In this document: positions 8,832 through 15,446 of the stretch, one piece after another
Layout of the letters: each line of letters begins with the position of its first letter
Position numbering within the stretch: the stretch's first letter is position 1
Source: a candidate division WOR-3 bacterium
GTDB taxonomy: Bacteria; Hydrothermota; Hydrothermia; B15-G9; WFZT01
NCBI GenBank assembly: GCA_027053075.1
Contig: JALUEE010000111.1
Span: 1 to 23,676, forward strand
DNA: 23,676 nt
Reading direction: 5' to 3'
Notes under the pieces: model-generated
Database searches by the model: none
What the model was told of the DNA's origin: nothing
Seen by the model: the letters and a program-made list of their open reading frames with translations, nothing else
Program-made: the position numbers and the translations under genes

Positions 8832-9899
8832 TTAATTTTCTGTGTTCAAAATCAGCTCGGTTGGTCTGAATTTTGCAAGCTGGCCACAGGCACCCCCAAC
8901 GTCCCTGCCCTTGGAAGCGCGCAGGGTCACTGTGTGAGGGAGTTTTTGAAGCCTCTTTATAAACTTCTCAATTTCCCTATCTGTTGGCGCACGAAACAGT
9001 GCACCGGGATAAGGGTTGAATGGGATCACGTTGATTTTTGAAGGTATCCCGCTTACAAAATCCTCGAGTGCCTCAATATCCTCTTCACTGTTGTTAAATC
9101 CGGGAAGAAGCAGATATTCGAAGGTGATCCATCTTTTCTTTTGCTCATAATACTGGATTATAGCCTTCCTGAGCTTATCGAGCGGATATGCCTTGGCAAC
9201 CGGCACGATTTGAGCCCTTTTTGACTGTATGGCAGAATGGAGAGAAACCGCCAGTTTCACCTGCCTGTCAAACCGGGCAAGCTCGTAAATTCCAGGGATT
9301 ATCCCCACTGTTGAGACCGTTATTTTCCTCGACCCGATATTGAGGCCGATATGCGAGTTGAGTGTGTATATTGATTTTTTGACCTCATCAAGATTAACGA
9401 GTGGCTCTCCCATACCCATGTAAACCACATTCGTGATGCGGAGGTCTGGCTGATTTAAAAAAGACCTCATAAATTTCTGTACCTGAAGCACCTGATCTGC
9501 TATTTCCCATGATTTGAGGTTTCTTGTGAATCCAAGTGACCCGGTGGCGCAAAACTTACAGCCCATGGGACAACCTACCTGCACGGACACACAGACGGTT
9601 TTTCTATCCCTATCTGGAATAAAGACACTCTCAATCTCTTTTCCATCCTCAAGCTCAAAAAGAAATTTCACACTGCCGTCCTTTGAGGGGAAATAGGCCT
9701 TTAGTTTAAGCTCTCCAACATAGCCGAGTTCCTTGAGCTTCTCGCGAGCCTTCTTCGAAATATCGGACATTTCGTCAATGGACGTAACGCCCCTCTTCCA
9801 CATCCAGCGGTAAATCTGAGAGGCCCTGAATCTCGTCTCACCTATAGAAGCCATAAGGTCTCCGAGGGCTTTTATATCGAGGGATTTAAAATTCACCAT
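8832..9899 (-). CDS. rlmN: Dual-specificity 23S rRNA A2503 / tRNA A37 C2-methyltransferase (radical SAM)
   Basis: 'FRASQIYRW', CxxxCxxC (CPMGCKFC), 'MGMGEP', 'LAVSLHS', 'TFEYLLL', C-terminal 'ACGQL'. Confidence 0.95.
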   Translation of the reverse strand: MVNFKSLDIKALGDLMASIGETRFRASQIYRWMWKRGVTSIDEMSDISKKAREKLKELGYVGELKLKAYFPSKDGSVKFLFELEDGKEIESVFIPDRDRKTVCVSVQVGCPMGCKFCATGSLGFTRNLKSWEIADQVLQVQKFMRSFLNQPDLRITNVVYMGMGEPLVNLDEVKKSIYTLNSHIGLNIGSRKITVSTVGIIPGIYELARFDRQVKLAVSLHSAIQSKRAQIVPVAKAYPLDKLRKAIIQYYEQKKRWITFEYLLLPGFNNSEEDIEALEDFVSGIPSKINVIPFNPYPGALFRAPTDREIEKFIKRLQKLPHTVTLRASKGRDVGGACGQLAKFRPTELILNTEN

Positions 9900-10952
9900 C
9901 TATTCAAACTTCCTTTTGATGTAGGGGAGTATGTGATTGTCGATAATGTGCTCAATCATTTCCCGAACAATTCGGTAAAAAGAAATCTGGTGACCAATGG
10001 GGTCAGGAACCTCTTCACCATCTGGCGAGAACATCCTCGCCACATTTTTATCTGACATTTCTTTAACCCTTTCGAGGTGATACCTCTCCATGCAGTAAAT
10101 GATATCAGCCGCTTTTATATCCGATTCGGTCAGCCTTTGGGACATGTGGGGACCTACCCGGTATCCCTTCTCGAGCAAAACTTCCATTGCGAACTCGTTC
10201 ATGGGCATTCCATTCAGAGCGTCTGTTCCACGGGATACCGCTTCGACATTCAATATAAGGTCTGACCCGAGCTTGTTTTTCAATATCCAGGTGGCCATCG
10301 GGCTTCGGCAGGTATTACCCGTGCAGAGGAAAATTATATTCAAAATCACATCTTCGCCAAATTTTATCTCCTGACCGAGTGTGTCTTCAATGTCAAGAAG
10401 ACTCACGGGGCCCTTTCGAAGAAGTACTGGCGGATTCTTTGAGACGTCCAGCACAGTTGACGGCTGGTTACCATCTGCATCCTCAGGGTAAACAAAATCA
10501 ACGAGGTTCCCCAGCTTCCTCTCAACGTCTTTGTAGCTGAACATTGGTGGTTGACCCGAAATATTGGCACTGGTAGAGGCAAGAGGAAAATCTATGCGCG
10601 CGAGCAAATCTTTTACAAAGGAATGGTCTGGAATGCGTATGCCAATTTTCCCTGCATCTGAAACAACTGCTTCCGGTGCTCCGTCGGTGGCTTTGAAAAC
10701 CAGTGTCAGAGGTCCGGGCATAAATTTTTCTATCAAACTCTTAATAGCTGGATCAATTTCCGCGGCTTTCTCGATCCATTCCTTTGAATGGGGAAAAACT
10801 GTAAATGGCTTTTCTTTTGGGCGTTGCTTTATTTCGTAAATTCTCTCTACAGCTTCTTTGTTTGTGGCATCGGCAACAAGTCCAAAAACGGTTTCCGTTG
10901 GAATTGCCACTACGCCGCCATTCTTTAAAATTTCAACGACTTTTTCAATCAT
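9900..10952 (-). CDS. tsaC: Fusion: L-threonylcarbamoyladenylate synthase (TsaC/Sua5, YrdC domain) + low-molecular-weight phosphatase (YwlE-like)
   Basis: N-terminal 'PTETVFGL', 'IYEIKQRP', 'PGPLT', 'STSANISG', 'PSTVLD'; C-terminal P-loop 'CTGNTCRS' and 'VPDPIG'. Confidence 0.9.
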   Translation of the reverse strand: MIEKVVEILKNGGVVAIPTETVFGLVADATNKEAVERIYEIKQRPKEKPFTVFPHSKEWIEKAAEIDPAIKSLIEKFMPGPLTLVFKATDGAPEAVVSDAGKIGIRIPDHSFVKDLLARIDFPLASTSANISGQPPMFSYKDVERKLGNLVDFVYPEDADGNQPSTVLDVSKNPPVLLRKGPVSLLDIEDTLGQEIKFGEDVILNIIFLCTGNTCRSPMATWILKNKLGSDLILNVEAVSRGTDALNGMPMNEFAMEVLLEKGYRVGPHMSQRLTESDIKAADIIYCMERYHLERVKEMSDKNVARMFSPDGEEVPDPIGHQISFYRIVREMIEHIIDNHILPYIKRKFE

Positions 10953-10955
10953 GTT

Positions 10956-11615
10956 TTACCTCGTGAACTGAAATCCCCAGAAGATTGCAGGATAATCGGT
11001 TAATGGAACAGTAAATTCCATGGTAAGTCCAAACGGAATTTTGTTAAAGTAACTGCTCCCCTTCTTTCTCTTTAAATCAACTCCCAGAAATATTGCGTTA
11101 AATTCCCGGAATTCCTTGATGTCGTTTAATTTTACATCCTTATAGGCCAGCATCCTGTAATCTGGAGCCCTCATTATTGTCCAGCCCCAGTATAGTGAGG
11201 AGTATAGTGAGAGCCTCTTTGAGAAAATCAGGTCAGCTCGGAGGGAAATTCCCTGTGCTACAGGATGATAGGCCATGCCTGCTATTATCGCGCCTGAGAG
11301 GAAAAGGTTCTTTTCGTTCAGAAACTGGATTTTTGTGAATGGGCCAAGTCCCTCACCGAGTGAGCCTCTCATCCCAAAGTCCACGTTTTTCGATGCCCCG
11401 TACATGAGATATCCGCCGATATTTGGATAAATGAAGGCTCCCTTATTGTGTTCTTTTGACTTTTCTTTAACAGAATTGTCGAAATACAGGGGCATATTGG
11501 CGTACCATCCGGCGTTAACATCTCCCGGTTTCAAGGACTCAGCTGTCTGGAAGGTTCCGAAGAAGCACCCCTCAAGCAGGAAAACAAAAGGCAAGAGCAA
11601 GAAGAATCTTTTCAT
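10956..11615 (-). CDS. Hypothetical lipoprotein, possibly with an outer-membrane beta-strand fold
   Basis: Start moved to ATG 11615 because the longer ORF overlaps tRNA-Thr; 'MKRFFLLLPFVFLLEGC' is a signal peptide with a lipobox; alternating Gly/aromatic strands and an aromatic-rich C-terminus (FWGFQFTR). Confidence 0.75.
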   Translation of the reverse strand: MKRFFLLLPFVFLLEGCFFGTFQTAESLKPGDVNAGWYANMPLYFDNSVKEKSKEHNKGAFIYPNIGGYLMYGASKNVDFGMRGSLGEGLGPFTKIQFLNEKNLFLSGAIIAGMAYHPVAQGISLRADLIFSKRLSLYSSLYWGWTIMRAPDYRMLAYKDVKLNDIKEFREFNAIFLGVDLKRKKGSSYFNKIPFGLTMEFTVPLTDYPAIFWGFQFTR

Positions 11616-11626
11616 TACATTAAATA

Positions 11627-11702
11627 TGGAGCCCACGACCGGACTCGAACCGGTGACCTCGTCCTTACCAAGGACGTGCTCTGCCGCCTGAGCTACGTGG
11701 GC
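11627..11702 (-). tRNA. tRNA-Thr(GGT)
   Basis: GCCCACG acceptor stem, anticodon arm CGTCC-TTGGTAA-GGACG, TTCGA T-loop, encoded CCA. Confidence 0.96.
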
Positions 11703-11715
11703 TTAAATTAAAAAG

Positions 11716-11788
11716 AGCGGGAGACGGGATTCGAACCCGCGACACCCAGCTTGGAAGGCTGGAACTCTACCAGCTGAGTTACTCCCGC
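11716..11788 (-). tRNA. tRNA-Gly(TCC)
   Basis: GCGGGAG acceptor stem, anticodon arm CCAGC-CTTCCAA-GCTGG, TTCGAAT T-loop; CCA not encoded. Confidence 0.96.
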
Positions 11789-11797
11789 CTTTTTAAA

Positions 11798-11883
11798 TGG
11801 TGGAGGGGGGAGGATTCGAACCCCCGAAGGCAAAAGCCACCAGGTTTACAGCCTGGCCCCTTTGGCCGCTTGGGTACCCCTCC
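11798..11883 (-). tRNA. tRNA-Tyr(GTA)
   Basis: GGAGGGG acceptor stem, anticodon arm CCAGG-CTGTAAA-CCTGG, long variable arm GGC-TTTT-GCC, encoded CCA. Confidence 0.96.
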
Positions 11884-11903
11884 ACCAATTGGTTTCGTTT
11901 CAC

Positions 11904-11978
11904 TGGAGCTGGCGGAGGGATTTGAACCCCCGACCTGGTGATTACAAATCACCTGCTCTACCACTGAGCTACGCCAGC
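11904..11978 (-). tRNA. tRNA-Thr(TGT)
   Basis: GCTGGCG acceptor stem, anticodon arm GGTGA-TTTGTAA-TCACC, TTCAAAT T-loop, encoded CCA. Confidence 0.96.
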
Positions 11979-12009
11979 CCATTTCAAAGACCGCGTCAAA
12001 CGGTATATT

Positions 12010-12038
12010 AATTTAACCGACTACCCCTCTACCGTCAA
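12010..12038 (-). promoter_or_regulatory. Sigma70-type promoter of the tRNA operon
   Basis: Minus strand TTGACG (12038-12033), 17-nt spacer, TAAATT (12015-12010), about 30 nt upstream of tRNA-Thr(TGT). Confidence 0.7.
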
Positions 12039-12116
12039 GAAGTTTGTGGGATAGGTGTTATCAATCCCGAAATGTTTTCCCGGGCATTCAGGTCTCTCAC
12101 CTGAATGTTTTCAATG

Positions 12117-12157
12117 TTAGGGCATCTCCCCGCGCGAAGCACGGGAAGATGCCCTAA
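12117..12157. repeat. 19-bp imperfect inverted repeat with 3-nt loop
   Basis: TTAGGGCATCT-CCCCGCGC-GAA-GCACGGGA-AGATGCCCTAA; both mismatches are C/A on + (G-U pairs on -). Confidence 0.8.
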
Positions 12158-12187
12158 GGCTTAAAAACTAAAAATTTCAAAATGTTA

Positions 12188-12236
12188 CCCCTCACCTCAA
12201 TCCTCTCCCCGCAAAGAATTTATGTGGGGAGAGGAA
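12188..12236 (+). repeat. BoxC-like repeat, copy P1
   Basis: CCCCTCACCTCAATCCTCTCCCCGCAAAGAATTTATGTGGGGAGAGGAA; 47/49 identical to 14154-14202. Confidence 0.9.
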
Positions 12237-12390
12237 GTTTTTTAAAAAGCCAGAACCAATTGTTGAGCCTGCAATCTATGCCCGTATGGTGAGTGAGTCT
12301 CATATCTTACAAGCACCGCTTGTAAGGTAGACCACTAAAAGTGCTTAACTCTCAGGCGAAGCTTGTGCCCAAAAATTTACAAAAGATTCT

Positions 12391-12507
12391 TCTCTCCCTC
12401 ACGCTTGGCGCGGGGGAGATATTCTGGGTGGGGGCATTCCGCCTGAAATCCTGAAAATTCAAGATGTAAACCCTCACCCCACCCCTCTCCCGCAAAGCGG
12501 GAGAGGG
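12391..12507. repeat. Head-to-head doublet of BoxC-like repeats (M1 + 36-bp linker + P2)
   Basis: Minus copy 12391-12434, linker CATTCCGCCTGAAATCCTGAAAATTCAAGATGTAAA, plus copy CCCTCACCCCACCCCTCTCCCGC-AAA-GCGGGAGAGGG. Confidence 0.8.
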
Positions 12508-12653
12508 AGTTTTATCTTTTCTTGAAAGGAATTTTTAATCCCTAACTCCGTACAAATTAAGTAATATTTTTATCAAAGCAATCCTGATTCCAAAATTCAA
12601 ATCTCTTTTTTGCCCTATTTCCCAGCCAATTCCACTCTTCCTCTCCTTACTCC

Positions 12654-12699
12654 TTGACAAAAATATTCACCTTGCTGTATATTACTTATTAAGTAATAT
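12654..12699 (+). promoter_or_regulatory. Transposase promoter with overlapping 21-bp palindromic operator
   Basis: TTGACA (12654-12659), 18-nt spacer, TATATT (12678-12683); palindrome ATATTACTTA-T-TAAGTAATAT (12679-12699). Confidence 0.7.
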
Positions 12700-14125
12700 G
12701 AGCAAGTATCCTGACTGGGTCACTAAACATAAGAAAAAAGGAACCGCCATCCATAAGATCGGCAATAATTACTACCTCTATGAAGTCACAAGTCTCTGGG
12801 ATAGCAAATTGGGAAGACCAAGAAAAATTACCAAAAAATACTTGGGTGTTATAACACCGGAAGGACTTAAAGAACCCAAGTATAGACGTAGCACCCCCTC
12901 CACTGTAAAAGAGTATGGAGCAAGCCAGCTTATAATTCATCAGAACAGGGAAATAATAGATAGCTTAAAAGAAATATTCCCTCAATGGTGGGAAGAAATC
13001 TTTATCCTCTCGGCAATAAGGTTTATGCATAATTCTCCTTTAAAGAACATGAGGATTTACTATGAGGATAGTTGGCTATCGGAGGAGATTAAAGGGGTGA
13101 GGTTAAGTGATAAAGTACTGCATACCCTTTTTGAAGAAGTTGGGAGAGATAGGGGAAGGATAGTAAAATTTTTAAGAAGATTTATAACCGAGGGTGAAAA
13201 TCTTCTTATTGACTTAACGCATATATTTTCTTTATCAAGAAGTATGAGTCTTGCAGAGAGGGGATACAACATAGAGTTTAATTTCACTCCTCAGGTAAAT
13301 CTTTTATTCATGTTTTCGTTTAATCGTCGGTTTCCATTATTTTACAGGGTATTGCCTGGGAGTGTGCGGGATGTATCAACAATGAAGGCCACGATAGAGG
13401 AGAGCGGGGTAAAAGATGTGATAGTCATAGGGGATAAGGGTTTTTATTCAAGGAAGAATGTTGAATTATTTGAGGAGAATGGTATCGATTATATTTTGCC
13501 TTTGAGGAGGAATAATAAGTTAATAGATTATGGGGTATTGGAGAGTGGTAGAAGGGAAGAGTTTGACGGGTATTTCAAATTCAATGGTAGATATATTTGG
13601 TATTACAGAGTCAAAGGCGTAGAGCTACCATTGTGGGTTTACCTTGATGAGAGATTGAAGGTGGAGGAAGAGGAGGATTATTTAATGCGAATAGAGACAC
13701 ATCCAGAGGATGGATATACAGAGGAGAGGTTTTACAAGAAGTTGCCGAGGTTTGGGACAATAGCGTTACTAACGAACAGGAGGGATTTAACAGCGGAGAA
13801 GGTATACAAGTATTTCAAGAGTAGGGTTCAGATAGAGATATTATTTGATACGTTGAAGAACATTTTGATGGCGGACAAGAGCTATATGAGGTCAAGCTAT
13901 GCAATGGAGTGCTGGATGTTTATAAACTATCTTGCGCTTGTATATTATTACAAGATTTATCATTTATTGCTTGAGAAGGGGCTTTTGAGGAAATACACAC
14001 CGCAAGATGTGGTGTTGTATTTAAGCAGGTATAGGAGGGTAAAGATATCAAAGGAATGGATAGAGGTGGAGATACCGAAGAAGACGCGAGATTTAATAGA
14101 GAAATTAAATCTGCCTATTACTTAA
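12698..14125 (+). CDS. DDE transposase (IS1634-like)
   Basis: N-terminal 'YYLYEVTSLWD...KKYLGVIT'; candidate catalytic triad 'LLIDLT', 'VIGDKGF', 'YFKSRVQIEILFDTLK' (Y-R-E-K-like); the stop codon lies inside the right TIR. Confidence 0.92.
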   Translation: MSKYPDWVTKHKKKGTAIHKIGNNYYLYEVTSLWDSKLGRPRKITKKYLGVITPEGLKEPKYRRSTPSTVKEYGASQLIIHQNREIIDSLKEIFPQWWEEIFILSAIRFMHNSPLKNMRIYYEDSWLSEEIKGVRLSDKVLHTLFEEVGRDRGRIVKFLRRFITEGENLLIDLTHIFSLSRSMSLAERGYNIEFNFTPQVNLLFMFSFNRRFPLFYRVLPGSVRDVSTMKATIEESGVKDVIVIGDKGFYSRKNVELFEENGIDYILPLRRNNKLIDYGVLESGRREEFDGYFKFNGRYIWYYRVKGVELPLWVYLDERLKVEEEEDYLMRIETHPEDGYTEERFYKKLPRFGTIALLTNRRDLTAEKVYKYFKSRVQIEILFDTLKNILMADKSYMRSSYAMECWMFINYLALVYYYKIYHLLLEKGLLRKYTPQDVVLYLSRYRRVKISKEWIEVEIPKKTRDLIEKLNLPIT

Positions 14126-14153
14126 AAATACGGAGTTAGGGTTTAATATGTAG

Positions 14154-14202
14154 CCCCTCGCCTCAATCCTCTCCCCGCAAAGAATTTATGCGGGGAGAGG
14201 AA
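14154..14202 (+). repeat. BoxC-like repeat, copy P3
   Basis: Near-identical to P1; 13-bp perfect stem TCCTCTCCCCGCA/TGCGGGGAGAGGA. Confidence 0.9.
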
Positions 14203-14353
14203 AATGCTTTACGAGTCGCAGGAAAAATTTTTGAATTCCATAAATTCGATGCAGTCTTTTTAATTTTGATGGAAATGAAATATTAGACAATTGTATGGGA
14301 TCCGGGGAAAGTAATCATTAATCGCGAATCGAGTGAGACAAAATCTAAAAATT

Positions 14354-14480
14354 CCTCTCCCCCACAAGCTCCGCTTGTGGGGGAGAGGTAGGGAGGGGGC
14401 ATTCCGCTTGAAAACTCTAAAAAGTCAATATGTTGTCCATCACATCTATCCTCTCCCTGCAAAGTATTTATACGCGCAGT
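14354..14480. repeat. Second head-to-head doublet (M2 + 37-bp linker + degenerate P4)
   Basis: 16-bp perfect stem CCTCTCCCCCACAAGC-TCC-GCTTGTGGGGGAGAGG, linker CATTCCGCTTGAAAACTCTAAAAAGTCAATATGTTGT, then decayed CCATCACATCTATCCTCTCCCTGCAAAGTATTTAT. Confidence 0.8.
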
Positions 14481-14519
14481 ATTTTGCATTTGGAAATATT
14501 CGAACAACTCCTCAACTCA

Positions 14520-14548
14520 TTTACCTCAATCGACGTAATCTGTATAAT
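14520..14548 (+). promoter_or_regulatory. Candidate his operon promoter
   Basis: TTTACC (14520-14525), 17-nt spacer, TATAAT (14543-14548); GGAGGA SD at 14581. Confidence 0.6.
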
Positions 14549-14591
14549 TATGCACTCTTTTAAATTTCCTGTTGCCTTTCGGAGGAATTCC

Positions 14592-15446
14592 ATGGAAAAG
14601 TTTAAACTGGTCATCCCTAAAGGGAGAATACACAAAAATGTTGTAAGACTGCTTGAAGACATCGGAATACGCGTTGAGGCCGATGAGCGCACATACAGAC
14701 CCATCGTCAGCGCACCGGAGATGTACGTTAAAATCATGAAACCCCAAAATATCCCAAAGCTCGTTGAAATAGGGGCTCACGATGCGGGTTTTACTGGCTA
14801 TGACTGGATTCTTGAAACAGGGGCTGATGTAGTGGAGCTCCTTGATACTGAATTTGACCCTGTGAAGATTGTCGCAGCAATCCCCGTTACATCTGACTGG
14901 GAAACCCTCAAAAAGAAGAAACTCATTGCTGCCTCAGAGTACGAGAATATCACAAAAAAGTTCCTCGAAGAAGAAAGTGTTGACTACATTTTTATACGCA
15001 CCTTTGGAGCCACTGAGGTCTTTCCACCAGAGGACGCAGACCTCATTGTGGATAATTCTGCGACGGGAAGAACACTCGAAATGAATAGACTAAAAGTCAT
15101 TAAAGAACTCTTTCACTCCTCCACACGCTTCATTGCCAATAAAAAGGCCCTTGAAGACCCATGGAAGAGAGAAAAAATCGAGGAACTGCTCATGCTTTTC
15201 CGGGCAGTCTTGAATGCCCGCGAGAGGGTTATGCTCGAGATGAATGTGCCAGCAGATAAATTTGAGGAAATAGTTAAAATTCTTCCGTGTATGAGGGCTC
15301 CCACAGTGGCACCACTTTACGGAGATCAGGGGTATGCCATTAAAATTGCAGTCAAAAAGGACGAAGTGAGAACACTGATTCCGCTTCTTAAAAAGATGGG
15401 AGCAACCGACATCCTTGAGTACGAACTCAGGAAGGTGATTGTATGA
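14592..15446 (+). CDS. hisG: ATP phosphoribosyltransferase, long form
   Basis: 'LVIPKGRI', 'DAGFTGYDW', 'GATEVFPPEDADLIVD..ATGRTL..N.L', C-terminal regulatory domain 'LPCMRAPTVAPL...GATDIL'. Start at ATG 14592 after GGAGGA. Confidence 0.95.
   Translation: MEKFKLVIPKGRIHKNVVRLLEDIGIRVEADERTYRPIVSAPEMYVKIMKPQNIPKLVEIGAHDAGFTGYDWILETGADVVELLDTEFDPVKIVAAIPVTSDWETLKKKKLIAASEYENITKKFLEEESVDYIFIRTFGATEVFPPEDADLIVDNSATGRTLEMNRLKVIKELFHSSTRFIANKKALEDPWKREKIEELLMLFRAVLNARERVMLEMNVPADKFEEIVKILPCMRAPTVAPLYGDQGYAIKIAVKKDEVRTLIPLLKKMGATDILEYELRKVIV

Larger units (their letters stand above)
12540..14141 (+). mobile_element. Intact insertion sequence, IS1634-like (IS4 superfamily DDE), 1602 bp
   Basis: Left end CCCTAACTCCGTAcaaaTTAAGTAATA; right end reverse complement CCCTAACTCCGTAtttTTAAGTAATA; flanked by the 6-bp direct repeat TTTAAT (12534-12539, 14142-14147); one transposase ORF. 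Family call is from motif resemblance. Confidence 0.9.

Noticed and set aside
11627..11702. tRNA-Thr as an integration site (att) for an island
   Set aside because: No duplicated tRNA 3' end and no integrase were seen, and the downstream genes are housekeeping.
11716..11788. tRNA-Gly pseudogene because CCA is missing
   Set aside because: The cloverleaf is intact, and CCA-less tRNA genes are common and completed by the CCA-adding enzyme.
11431..11982. ORFs 11431-11691 and 11779-11982
   Set aside because: They are shadows of tRNA genes and the antisense strand of the lipoprotein gene.
12114..12160. Pistol ribozyme (TTAGGGC...GCCCTAAG resemblance)
   Set aside because: It lacks the P1 stem and the conserved AAAUA segment; a simple hairpin explains it.
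12157..14480. CRISPR array
   Set aside because: Repeats alternate in orientation, spacing is about 36 and 150 bp, copies are diverged, and there are no cas genes.
14283..14563. ORFs 14283-14507 (-) and 14333-14563 (+)
   Set aside because: They are largely made of repeat sequence and show no protein-like features.
14430..14591. N-terminal extension of HisG or a his attenuator leader peptide
   Set aside because: The extension starts inside repeat DNA, upstream of the promoter and SD; no run of His codons, terminator or T-box is visible.
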